Notes under the pieces: model-generated | What the model was told of the DNA's origin: nothing | The model's input: the letters and a program-made list of their open reading frames with translations, nothing else | Database searches by the model: none | NCBI RefSeq assembly: GCF_048593235.1 | Contig: NC_133618.1 | Span: 653,182,361-653,246,360, forward strand | Direction of reading: 5' to 3' | From: Sminthopsis crassicaudata | Taxonomy: Eukaryota | DNA length: 64,000 bases | Shown: in pieces, positions 50,060 through 62,277 of the stretch | How the letters are laid out: every line of letters starts with the position of its first letter | Numbering within the stretch: position 1 is the stretch's first letter | Position numbers and translations under genes: made by a program

Positions 50060-50450
50060 AGGACCCATATTAAGTTCCTTAGTATATACTTTTCAAAATC
50101 GAATATTTTTCTTTTTGTTTTTGAAATTCTGGCCAATGTTTTCTTGTCTCCAACCTTCTGGTACCTTTCCAATTTTCTATAGTTCGTCAGAAATTTTTGA
50201 CAGCATTTCAGTAATCATATCTGTGAATTCTTTTAGTATCCTGGCATATAATTCAGCTGGCCAGGAGACTCATTTGAACTAATTTAAAGCATCTAGACAC
50301 CCTCTATTTTCTCACCCATCTTGGGCTTCAATTCCTTTTTAAGCATGTTTGTTCTGCCCATTCCTGTCTGAAGATTATTTTGTTTGATTGAGAAGATGAC
50401 AGTGAGAGAAAAGCTGAAAGGTTTTGCTTTCTCTGTGTCATTCAGAGGCC
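50060..50450 (-). mobile_element. CR1/L3 RT N-terminal fragment
   Basis: With frameshifts the minus strand reads SPG.AELYARILKEFTDMITEMLSKI...KVPEGWRQEN, compared with CR1 SPGPDELHPRVLKELADVIAEPLSII...EVPEDWRRAN. Confidence 0.7.
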
Positions 50451-51319
50451 TAAATAGAGAGGAAGACCCATGGTTTGATCTGAAAAAGCTGAATTTAGAA
50501 GTCCAAACGGTAGAGCTTAGCATACCTCCTCCTTGACGTCTAATCACAGGTGCACCCTAAGCAGGTCCCCTCCCTCATCCCTCTGTCTTGGATAAAGAGG
50601 AAAAAAGCTGCATCCCTATCCCTATTCCCCTTAATGCTAGTTCTTCTCCTGTCACTAAATCGCCCCATTTCCATCCATGGCCATCTATGTGAGTGATGAC
50701 ATCTGCCTTAAGACTCATAAGTTACTTCTCCAGACAGAGGCCAGCAAAGGACTGGGATTCTCTACAAAAAGGTAAAGTCATCAAGAATGGGCACTGAATA
50801 TGGTTGGGATGCCTTCATCCCCTGAATAAAAAGGGTGTTGAAATGCAGATGGGAACTCTCCTGTTCTCCTTGGATTATTAAGTCATCAGTCAATTGCTTG
50901 GAAAATGGTCCCTTGACCACCATGAGGTCTATTTTTGAACAATAAAACATAAAAGCTCAAAATTGGTATAAACATGATTCCAATATCAAAAAATGGGAGG
51001 CTCTTAGGAATATTCAGCAATTATTAATTACACTAAGAATCAATTAATAAATTAATAATTAGTAGTGATAAGTAGTTATCAGTAAAGCTAATGAAGGAGA
51101 AAGGGGACACTATCTCTTTGAGCGAATCAACCACCCAAACAAGTCTATTTCCTAATGAAAGGAAAATAAACCTTCATAAAGTCATGAAGTGTCACTCCCA
51201 ACATATGTAGGGGAGAAGGGGTTTTAGAAGGTGCACAAGTTTACTTTACCTAGGTTAAAAACCACCACAATATCCTTCTATCCCTATCATCTCTGCCAAT
51301 TCTGATGGAGATTCAAAAT

Positions 51320-51490
51320 CAAGATGGCACAATGGATAGAGCTTTAGATCTAGAGTTAGGAAGAGCTGAGTTCAAATTCAGCCTCAGACAATTACTAGCT
51401 GTATGACTGAACAAGTCATTTACCTCAGTTCCCTCATCAGTAAAATGATGATAATAGTAGTACCTATCTATCAGGATTGGTGAGAGGAAA
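51320..51490 (+). mobile_element. MIR SINE
   Basis: gatggcacaatggatagagc...gagttcaaattcagcctcagac...cctcatcagtaaaatg. Confidence 0.8.
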
Positions 51491-51504
51491 GAGTAAGATA
51501 TTAT

Positions 51505-52175
51505 TTCCTTGTTTCTAATAATAGCTTTTTTATTATAAAAATACATGCAAAGATAGTTCTCACTATTCACCCTGGCCAAACCCTGTGTTCCAAATTTTTC
51601 CCTCCCCCTACCTCCTCCCCAGACAGCAAGTAATCCAATATATGTTAAATATGTACAGTTCTTCAATATATATTTCTACATTTATCACTCTGCACAAGAA
51701 AAATCAAATCAAAAAAGGAAAAATGAAAAAGGCCAGCAAATATCAACAAAAAAGTGAAAATGCCATGTTGTAATCTATATTCAATCCCCACAGTCCTCTC
51801 TCTGGATGCAGATGGCTCTCTACATCCCAAGACCATTGGAACTGGCCTATTTTACTTAGCTATTTAAAAGAGCCATATCCATCAAAATTGATCATTGTAT
51901 AATCTTGTTTTTGTTGTATACAATGATCTCCTGATTCTACTCACTTCACTCAGCATCAGTTCATGTAAGTCTCTCCAGGCCTCTCTGAAATAATCCTGCT
52001 GAATGTTTCTTATAGAACAATAATATTCCATAAAATTCATGTGCCATAACTTATTCAGCCATTTTTCAACTGATGGGCATTCATGGGCATCCACTTAATT
52101 TCCAGTTCCTTGCCCTGTGAAAAGGGCTGCCACAAATATGTTTTTGTACACACAGGCCCTTTTCCTTTTTTTTAA
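51505..52175 (-). mobile_element. 5'-truncated LINE-1
   Basis: ORF 51882..52094 reads CPSVEKWLNKLWHMNFMEYYCSIRN...AWRDLHELMLSEVSR (ORF2p C-terminus), followed by 3'UTR. Confidence 0.92.
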
Positions 52176-52594
52176 ATGGAGATAATATTTGTAAAATATT
52201 TTACAAACCTTAAAACATTATAGAAATGCTAGCTAACATTTTCATTACTCTTTATTATTGTTGTTGTTCAGTTATTGTTATTTACTTTGTTTTCTTTAGA
52301 AATAAATCACAACTTTGCTGTCATCTCTTATACTATTTGTCCCCAAACAAGTCTAGCCATTGCTTGTTCTCCTTGCTCTAAACCCACATTAAAAAAACAA
52401 AAACAAACAAACAACTTTTTAAAATTATCGTTGGAGAGGCAGTGTGGTATAATGGTGAGTGAAATGACTTAGAAGCCAGGAACTACTGAGTTCAAGCCCT
52501 CCCTCTTAGACATACTAACCTCCCTCTTACATATACTAGCTTGTGTGATACAAGACAAGTTACCTTTCAGTGCTTTAGAACATTTCTCTCAGAT

Positions 52595-52726
52595 AGGCTT
52601 CCCCTGTGTCCCAGATCCCTCTGGTGACATCTTTGTATAAATTAAAATTCAGAGGATTGCAAAAGCAACCAATTATATTAAAATATTTTTTAAAGTTCAT
52701 CAACTCTAGGTTAAGAACCTGCGCTT
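52595..52726. mobile_element. hAT-Charlie-type MITE remnant
   Basis: aggattgcaaaagcaaccaattatatt...aagttcatcaactctaggttaagaacc resembles remembered MER5/Charlie MITE ends. The exact family is uncertain. Confidence 0.5.
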
Positions 52727-52768
52727 TAGCTGTATGACCCTGGGCAAGTCACTTAAACCCAATTGCTT

Positions 52769-52808
<40 letters not shown>

Positions 52809-52822
52809 AACAAACAAACAAA
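52727..52822 (+). mobile_element. 5'-truncated WSINE1-like SINE with long poly(A)
   Basis: tagctgtatgaccctgggcaagtcacttaaacccaattgcttcagc followed by A34 and (AAAC)n. Confidence 0.8.
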
Positions 52823-54559
52823 ACCCCTCTGCTTTAAAACTCTTGCTAATTAACATTTCTAGAAGGAGTTACTTCATCAGTGAAATCCTCCTACCAATGA
52901 TGGTCCTATAATCTTTTGCTGTAGCATGTTTTTATTAAGCACTGTCTGGGCTTTAGGTTTCTAGAATACTTACTATCTGTCCTAGCCATTGTTTTGTAAA
53001 TCATCCCCAGTGTCCTCATAATTTCCCCCCTTAATTTTTTATCATGTCCTTTTAAATTTTAGCTCACCAGAGAGTTCTCTGTGCAACCACATTCATGCTG
53101 AAATTCTTTTCCTCTTAATTAATTTGTCAGAATTTTATTCCTCTAAACCTCACCACCCAGTTGAGAACTACCATAACTTTTTGATGGTAGGATTACTATT
53201 TGTTTGTAGGTTTTCTGATAGTAGGATAGTAGGCTGTGGGATTGTGTTTATCCCTATTCTGAAATCCTCTGTCTTGTTCATAAAGAAACTTTAACCATGC
53301 CAGCCAAGGGAACTTTTCCCAGACTATTGCCTCAAACGAGTACCCAGGAGATCAAGTGAGTTCCTTTTTATTTAGCAGCAGCAATAAGCACATAGTAGGT
53401 GCTCACTCTGTGTCTAGCATTTGCCCTTTATTAGAAGTCGCAATCACAAGTATCATTCAGGAATTCTGGTTCAGGTTATCCAAACAGCGTTAGAATGCCT
53501 AAAATTTGTCTGACATTATGGAAAACTTAAAAAAAAAAAAAAAACTAGACAGAAAAAGCCCTTCAGAGAAAAGAATCGTAATCCATCTTTCTACCCTTTT
53601 CAGAAACCTCCAGATTCCAGTGGGCCTCTAGGGGTGGAATGATGTGCACAGGCCCTGCCAGTGGGGTCTGGTGGGTGTGTAAACACCCCCATTTGAAGAG
53701 AACACAGACCGTCCTCTGCCCCACAAGGACTGGGATATGTCAAGTCTCACCAGGCTGGTTGTGAGAAAGAGAGAGAGCGAAGGAAAGCCGTCAGCAGGGA
53801 AGGGATGTTGGAAAAATCTGTAGTGAAGGTGATAGGAATACAGAGATGTGAAGTTAGCATCCCAGGCTGGGGAAGGCTTCCACAAATGTTTGGTGTGAGC
53901 AAGCAGACAAGTTGATGTGTGATAAACTGCAGCCTGTGGAAAAAGCACTGCGGAGCTCTCAGTGCAGCTGGAGATGAAGCTTGTCATTTTTGGAGGGAAG
54001 AAAGGAACCAAAAAGTAGGCAGAGGGGAAAAATGCAAGGTAAGCTTTCCCCCTCACCTAATATGTTAGTGAAAAACTGAAAGGCTGGCCCAGGCCCATGG
54101 AAAAACTTCAGTGACTTTAAGGAGAGGCCATGCTGTGCTAGGCTAGAAAGTCAGCTCCTTTCATTCGGGCCACAAGCTATATGGTTTTATACAGACCTGA
54201 CTGACACATATTTAAAACTCTTTACACATTAAGGAGCAATTAGACTGACAGATTAAAAGTTATCTGGAAGGTAATGTTTCCATTATAGGAGCCTGGCAAG
54301 GGAACAGTCAATATTCTTTTCCTCAGATGTCATGGGCTTTTTTGGTGGGCTGGAGTGAATATTTATGGGGGAGAAGAATAAGGAGAGAATTGCAAAAGAG
54401 AAAGAGATTTCAGGATGGTTTCAGCAGTTTTGGTTTGGATCCATGGATTGTCTTTGGAACAAAAAATGATATTTAGGGTATTTGCAGATAATTTAGACTC
54501 AAAGCTATAATGAACACCCACATATATACACCCTCAAAAGTAATCACCCAAAGTACATA

Positions 54560-54960
54560 GACACTCATGTGTATATAAAATATACACACATATATTTACA
54601 AACATACATATGTACATAAGCATGTGTATATATATATATATCCAACCTAACATGCATATACATACATACATATATGCACACATACATATGTATAAAGCAT
54701 GTATATATATATATCCACGCTAATATGTAGAATATATATTGCATATTTATATATGAAAATGCCTTAAAAAGTAACCCTAAAAGTGGATATTTCATGGCTA
54801 ATAAATTTACTTTCTCTTCCTGCTCCTACTCTCAGCCTGGAAAAGCCAGGATCCATATTTGTAGATCATTTTATATACATTAACTGTCTTGTACATGTGT
54901 ATACATCTATATATGTATATATTTGTACATATGTACAAATGCATATTTATGTGTATGTTC
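54560..54960. repeat. Degenerate (TA/CA/TATG)n tracts
   Basis: Directly visible at 54560-54760 and 54880-54960. Confidence 0.9.
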
Positions 54961-57280
54961 ACCCCAACCCACCATTCTCTAAAGGAGAAATTGGGGATTT
55001 TTCCAGCCCTCTTTGGGGGAAAAATGGGTTTCCCACTTCTTTTTCTTTCATGTATTCTAAGTAGGGCCTAATGGATTTGAGATGGGCTGTATTCCAAAGT
55101 ACATGCAAAGATCAGATGCAAATCAGGTGAGACTTGTTAAGTACCCTTCACTCCCTATCTCTGATGGATGTCACAAGAGCCCGGTTGTCAATCACAGCGG
55201 ACAATGTTCCAACTTGTATGACTTCATTTTTTTTTCTTTGTTTTTGAGCAATTTATGATTCTACTGGATAGGAGGAAAAAAAGAAAGGAAGAAAAAAAAA
55301 AAAAAAAACTTCCCCCAACTCTACCACATTGAATGTTGTCTTCTTTATTCAGTTTGCAGTCAAGAGCATGACCACTAGAGAGCAGCATGAATTTAGCTAA
55401 GAAGTCAGAGGAATTTTCCTTTTTTCTTTCCTTTTTCTTTTTTCTTTCTTAAATAAAGAAAATTTTAAAAAAGCAGCAATAAGTATTTAGAGATGGCAAT
55501 TAAAGGCACAATGGTGCTCTTGGCCACCAATTATTGGTCCTGTAATGATCAATGTGTCATGTTTTTGCAAATGGTGCTGAGTGTTGCTGGGAATGAGTGT
55601 ATAAGACATTCCCTTCTTTGGATTTTTCTGTTCCTGATTTCAGGCACTGAATAAATCCCTTGCACCCGCTCAGTTTGACTTTAGGATTTTTTGTACAATA
55701 CTCATAGACAGTTAAATTTACACACAATCATCTGCAAGTATAGATCCTGGCATTTCTGGACAGAGAGTAGGAACAGGAAGAGGAAGCAAATTTATCATCC
55801 ATCAACATAGAACTCTCCAACATCATTTGATGGGCAAGGACATAGCTGGATGGTCAAAAGAACACTAAACATAGCCTCACAAAGCAAACCACTGCCGTCT
55901 CTTTCTACTCACCATTGCATAGGTCTCCTATACAACTTTCTATTTAATTCATATCGGTGGTATTATCACTCACCTCAAATTCCAGATAATAAAGATTTTC
56001 TAGCCAAGTTAGCACAAGGGAAACTGGAGGAAAAGTATGGGGAAGTTAGGACCATTTCTAAAGCTTATTGTCAGATTTTCATTTCTGCCACAGCAAGTTT
56101 GCTTCTGACCATGGTACACTTGGATCAAGGTTTGTTTTCATGGCCAGGAAAGAATAACAACAAAAAATAATGATCCTGAAGAGAATAGTAATGCTAAAAA
56201 TGAATTTAACTCTTAATAAAGTTTTTCAATTAGAAGCAATTGTTATTTTTTCAGTCTCTGTAAAAGTCCATAGAATATTAAATATAAAGGAATAATAATA
56301 AAATAGAGGAACATTTCTATCTGAACTACATAAAAATGAGGAGATAATGATAAGAAGAATGAGGAGAAGAAAGAAGTTGAAGAGAAGGAGGAGGAGGAGA
56401 AAGAAGAAGAGGAAAAGAAATTTGGCACATGAGAAAAAGAACATGGGCATCAGGAAGACCTTGATTAATGTACATCTTTTTGTGCATACTAGATATTTCT
56501 CTATGAACAATGGGTATGTCACTTAATCATGCTTAATTCTAGAAAACTCTGTAAGACTAGAAGTTAAATATTGTTACTAAATTCAATACTAGGAGTTCTC
56601 ATCTAGACCAAAAACACAAACAAATAAAACAATAAAGATTATGTTAATGACAATTATTATAGTAGCAATAGCAGTGACACTTAACATTGAAACACTGGTC
56701 TAAATAAAAGCATTTTTATGACATGATCTTATGGGAGATGATTACAATGTGAGGGACTGGTCAAAAAACATCCAAGATTGAAAAGGAATTTTTTTTCATT
56801 CTTCATTCAAGGAATGAAGTAAAACACAGGGATATGATTCTAAAGCGTCATCTGAATTTAGAATATTATCAGATAATTATGATTTTATTAGGCAAGAAGA
56901 AATATAAAATTAAATGACAGGGATCCTTTTTCTGTATTCAGAAATATGGATTGGCATGGGGTTTGATATCTGACCCTGGCTAGGCTCTGTCCAAAAATTT
57001 CTAATATTTTTGCCCATAGGAGCCAAAGTGGTTTTATATATACACACATATACACAAATGTGCACATATATACACATACACAAATATTCACTCATATATA
57101 CATGATATACTCACAAATACATACATGTATACTTTTATCTTTTCAATTTTTATTACATATTCCTAACAAACTAAGATCTCAACGGACCACAATGTTTAGG
57201 GTATATAAGTGGGAACAAAATAAGGGATTTTAAAATTATTTCATTATTACCTAGAAGCCTCTTTAACTTTAAAATTTCAT

Positions 57281-57644
57281 GATCAGAAGGATGATTTTAG
57301 AAAAGTCTGGAGAGATTTACATGAACTGATGCTAAGTGAAATGAGCAGAATCAGGAGATCATTGTACACAGCAACAAGAAGATTGTTTAATGATCAATTC
57401 TGATGAATGTGATTCTTTCCAATAATGAGATGATTGATGCCAGTTCCAATGATCTTGTGATGAAGAGAGTCATCTACACCCAGAGAGAAACTGGATGTGG
57501 ATCACAACATAGCAATCTCACTTTTGTTGTTGTTGTTTGCTTATTGTTGTATTTTGTTTTCTTACTTATTTACATTCTTTTTTTTTATCTGGCTTTTCTT
57601 GTGCATCAAGAGAATTGTATAATTATGTTATGTTTAACAAAAAA
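57281..57644 (+). mobile_element. 5'-truncated LINE-1 lacking the distal 3'UTR
   Basis: ctggagagatttacatgaactgatgctaagtgaaatgagcag. Approximate TSD aactttaaaatttcat (57265-57280) and aacccttaaatttcat (57645-57660). Confidence 0.85.
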
Positions 57645-57894
57645 AACCCTTAAATTTCATTAAGGATCTTTGCCAAATATACATTTCCACTTTCCTGCCT
57701 TAGTAAGGATAATAGAATAATAATAATTGAATCATTTGACATCTTAAGATCTTGCAGGTCTGAAGTTTGAATTTCAAAACTATAGTTTTTTCAAGTTTTG
57801 AGACTGAGATAGAAGTATAGATTTAGACACGTATGTCAATATCGATCAATAAACATCTATTAAGTACCACAGCTAGCTGATACTTATGTTTAAT

Positions 57895-58130
57895 TAAGTC
57901 ATTATTCAGTTGTGTTCAAGTCTTCAAGACATTATATGGAGTTTTCTTGACAAAGATACAGGAGTAGTCTGCCATTTCCTTCTCTAGCTCATTTTGCAGA
58001 TGAGCAAACTGAGGCAAACAGGGTTAAATGACTTGTCCTGGGTCACAAAGCTGGTGCAGAGGCTAGATTTGAACTTATGAAGATGAGTGTTCCTGACTCC
58101 AACACTGGAGTTTTGTGCACTATGACACCC
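57895..58130 (-). mobile_element. MAR1-like SINE
   Basis: gagttttcttgacaaagatacaggagtagtctgccatttccttctctagctcattttgcagatgagcaaactgaggc. Confidence 0.88.
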
Positions 58131-58509
58131 CTTGATGCTGTAGGTGTGTAAAATATTTATAACATAAAACTAAGCATTTCTTTAGCAGGGAGTTATTAGA
58201 AGGATGGTTAAGATATCATAAATGATGTAATACTTTTGGGGAGCTTTGAAGCAAATCAGGTGAGTAAGTTAATGAGAAAGAGCATTTCAGGAATAGGGGA
58301 AGCTCATATGAAGATCTGAAGACTGAAGATGGGATGTTCATTGAGGAACACCATTTTGACTCTACCATTAAGAAATATATGGAAATGAAGATGTGTAAAA
58401 TAGATCGTAGAATATAACTGCCTTATATAAGTTGGAATTTTTTTTTAAGATACTGAAATTTCCAGCCTTCTTGAAAGGTGCCATTTTCTATTAAAGAGTT
58501 GAGGTTAGA

Positions 58510-58909
58510 TCTAACATGTATTTCAACATATTTAGTAGGTAGTCCAATACCTGCCAGGTAGGGGAGGGGGTGGGGGGGAAGGAGGGGAAAATTAGAACAA
58601 AAGGTTATGCAAGGGTCAATGTTGGAAAAATTACCCATGCTTTGTAAATAAAAAGCTTTAATAATAAATAAATAAAACAAACAAACAAACAAACAAATAA
58701 ATAAATGAACTTCAAAAAAGAGAGAAAGAGAATAGGGATTTTGTCTTCCTAGTGCTTAACATTGTTTCTGAAACATATTAGACATTCATTACAATGTATT
58801 GTTTCATTATTTATGCACTGGTACTTATCTTAATCTACTTAAATGTAAATGATGTATTCCTTAAAGAGATTTTCTAATTTAAAATATATGTTATATAAAA
58901 TTAAAAAAA
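58510..58909 (+). mobile_element. Short L1 3' end carrying a ~200-bp 3' transduction, bounded by a perfect 17-bp TSD
   Basis: TSD aaagagttgaggttaga at 58493-58509 and 58910-58926. L1 3'UTR at 58510-58660, tail at 58661-58705, non-L1 segment at 58706-58902, then a second A-run. Confidence 0.85.
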
Positions 58910-59869
58910 AAAGAGTTGAGGTTAGAAAAGTTAGAAAACTTCTGATCATTTGAATCTGCTTAACAGAGGTTTAACAGACCTACTTGCCTCTGCTCCAAAT
59001 AGTTGATACCTGAAAAAACTCAAAGAAGAAATGAATGAAAGACCTTTGTGTTTCACTCACTGTAGGGATGAGCAGATTACATTAGCAGAAAGAGGAAAGA
59101 GTGATCCGTTCTTTGGGTTACTGGAATGGAATCTAAGACACAAAACTTGATTTATGAGGCAGAAAGAAAACTTTCAGGGGGAAAAAATTACTCAGCAAGG
59201 CTTTGGGTTTCCCCCTCAAGTGATTAAGTCTAAACAACGGGGGTCCTTCTGGAGATTCTGAACTTGAATTGAGCACAACTCATTGGTGAAATCTGCTTTT
59301 GGGTTTCAGAATTGTGGCTGCTCAGAGAGCTCAGATCAAAGGGAGGAAAAGCATCCAGAATTATGTCTAGTTCAGGAGGTCGAACACTCTCAAGAGAGTT
59401 GTTGAAGATAAAGACAAGTTACCTTTTTATTTTATTTTTAAGCTACAAAAAGAATATCTCAAATAAAATTAAGCAGCCTTAGTAAAAAGGAGGACTTGTC
59501 ATATTACATACCCTCCATGGATGACATAGAGGTACCATCTTTTTGGGGGGGCCCACTGGTTGTAGGCCTCCAGGTGTACTTTATTAGAATCCAAACAAAT
59601 CTTTCTTGTACTGATATTACTATAGTCTTTCCTAATTCCAAGATACCCTATTTAAGTTGTTTTTTTTTCCAAAGGGAAAACAAAAGGATCATTGATATAT
59701 GATCTAACTATAAGAAGGCTGCAATATATACACATCATCCTTCTCTCTTCCCACCCTACTTCACATACACTTAGCCTTATTCTGGGACACTAACAAATCT
59801 ATTGTGTAATAGCCAAAATATTTTTTTTTGTTGTTTTTTGGTTTTCAAATTCCTTTCCCCAAAACATTG

Positions 59870-59892
59870 TATGTATGTATGTATGCTTACAC

Positions 59893-59943
<51 letters not shown>

Positions 59944-60060
59944 GAATATATATAAATATATGCATTCATGTATTTGTATATATATATATAATATAGTGTG
60001 TGTACATATATATATGTATGTGTAACTTCATTAGTGTATATATGTATGTACATATACACT
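59870..60060. repeat. (TA)n and (TATG)n microsatellite complex
   Basis: Directly visible. Confidence 0.97.
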
Positions 60061-60374
60061 AATTTAAAAAGGTAGAAATTAAGTAAAAATATCAGAAATT
60101 TCAGCAAACACTTCAAGGAGCCAAAGTAACAAACAGCAGAAATGTTTATTCCAAGTAGCTTTTGTTAGTGTCAGACTTCATTAAGTTTAATAAAGGCATC
60201 CAAGCCTCACCTATAACCTATAGATATTGGCACAATTCTCTGATCATCCAGATCAGGGCAAGGATCTAGATCCCATCACAAGATCTAGGATAGTCTAGAT
60301 CAGGGGGATGATTTGTGTATTTATAGTAATCATTCATTGTTTTGCTTTTTATTTTCCTTTTATTTTGCTGGCTT

Positions 60375-60428
60375 TGTTTTTTTTTTTTGTTGTTTTTTGT
60401 TTTTGTTTTTGTTTTTGTTTTTGTTTTA
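60375..60428. repeat. T-rich (GTTTTT)n tract
   Basis: Directly visible. Confidence 0.9.
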
Positions 60429-61534
60429 TATTCACTCCGCATTCACCATCCATACTCTCTCCCCCCATTAAATAGAGCCCACCCACCAACTTGAGTCTTT
60501 GGTCCAATAGAAGACATATGGCCCCAACAAACTGATGCCCTGTTTAAAAGCACAAATTATCTGCAATTGGCCAGGTCATCACTTGAATCAAGCAGGAAGT
60601 TGTAACCTGCTACTTGGGCAAAATCACATTATGACATTAATTGAGGGCTGAGACTCAAGAGAAGCTCCTTCCTAAAGTTAAAGTGAAAGGAAGATATAGA
60701 GTAAACACTATCCACGGCCAAATTCTACCAAAAGGATGTTGTATCTTCCTAGGGATCTAATTTTCAGGGAAACCTACTTGATCATCACCAGAGAGAGATA
60801 TGGGAACTGAGAAACAAATCATATGTTTCCTTTTGCAATCATTTCTATTTAAGTAGAATTTGACTCAGATGAACAACACTTGCAGCTATGAAAATGGAAA
60901 AAGACAAAGCTTGCTGGTTGATGTGGGAAAGTGGGCCAGTCTTGCTCAATTTGACATGACCATAGGAGCAGCAGGTTCGGACAGTGTGATGATATGTCTA
61001 CAAGTTCCAGATCTCTTTTATCTGACAAGTATTTTTCTTTTCCTTCATCCTTGGGACTTCTTTCCTGAGAAGGTTAGAAAGTATCGTTGGGGGTGGAAAA
61101 TAGGAGGGCCCCTATCGATTCCCTGTAAAAATCTAGGACTTCCTGGGTCACCTTAAGAGCAGTAGTTATCAGACCAGGAAGAAACAAGAGTAAACCATAT
61201 TATTACCTGGAAACCAGGCACTATATCTAGGGCACTATTTGGATCTTAGCCTCTCAGAAGTCCTGAAAATATTCCTGCTGTTAGCATACTGGGGCCAAAG
61301 TTGGCATTCTGGAAAAAAATAACCCCCTTGGACTGAGAAAAAAAGAGCTCATCACCTGAGTCCTGGCTCACCCTCCAATCATGTTCTTGTTGAAATCACT
61401 CTATCCCTATTTTTCTTTCTTCACTTAGAGGGTTAAGAATTATCGGAGGCACAGAAAATGGCTTGCTGTTGATACTAGTGAGGCCTTCTCTATAACTAGA
61501 TCCTTCAGGAAAAAACAAATTAATCAACAGCCAG

Positions 61535-61906
61535 NNNNNNNNNNNNNNNNNNNNNNNNNNNNNNNNNNNNNNNNNNNNNNNNNNNNNNNNNNNNNNNNNN
61601 NNNNNNNNNNNNNNNNNNNNNNNNNNNNNNNNNNNNNNNNNNNNNNNNNNNNNNNNNNNNNNNNNNNNNNNNNNNNNNNNNNGCTGNNNNNNNNNNNNNN
61701 NNNNNNNNNNNNNNNNNNNNNNNNNNNNNNNNNNNNNNNNNNNNNNNNNNNNNNNNNNNNNNNNNNNNNNNNNNNNNNNNNNNNNNNNNNNNNNNNNNNN
61801 NNNNNNNNNNNNNNNNNNNNNNNNNNNNNNNNNNNNNNNNNNNNNNNNNNNNNNNNNNNNNNNNNNNNNNNNNNNNNNNNNNNNNNNNNNNNNNNNNNNN
61901 NNNNNN
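61535..61906. other. Assembly gap (N run with an isolated gctg at 61683-61686)
   Basis: Directly visible. Confidence 0.99.
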
Positions 61907-62277
61907 TGCTGTTATTTTCCAGGGGATATATCTCATCCAGGCAGTGTATCAGTCAGCACCAATCCCATACCCTAAAATTCCAAATTACTTTTAAGAAATA
62001 TATGATGCACAATATCCATTTCATATTCTCTTTAAAAGATAACCTCTCCCCCCACCAAAAAAAATTGGAAGAGCAGTATTATTCAAAGACAAAATGATCT
62101 TTCAGTGAGAACATAAAATATAAAAGCAATAATAACATTTACATCTGTATACCACCCATCTCTGTAAATGCAGGTCATCTATTATACATAAACTATGATG
62201 TGTAAGAAGTGCTGGATGTGGCACAATGTAGGAAACCCAAATGCTAAAGTGTGCAAACCTTTATGGTTTGGTTAGGG

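Noticed and set aside
53628-54056. 142-aa minus-strand ORF as a possible LRMDA exon
   Set aside because: No similarity to the recalled LRMDA penultimate exon (ASSEDVASSPERHYTPLP...) or to any protein I recognise.
60240-60305. Cluster of GATC/TCTAGA words
   Set aside because: No regular period or long stem. It may be local shuffling but I cannot support a structure.
61683-61686. Isolated gctg inside an N run
   Set aside because: Gap-filling or masking artefact with no biological meaning.
62265-62277. ggtttggttaggg before a gap, suggesting a telomeric repeat
   Set aside because: Only one TTAGGG unit is visible and the far flank is (CA/TA)-like.
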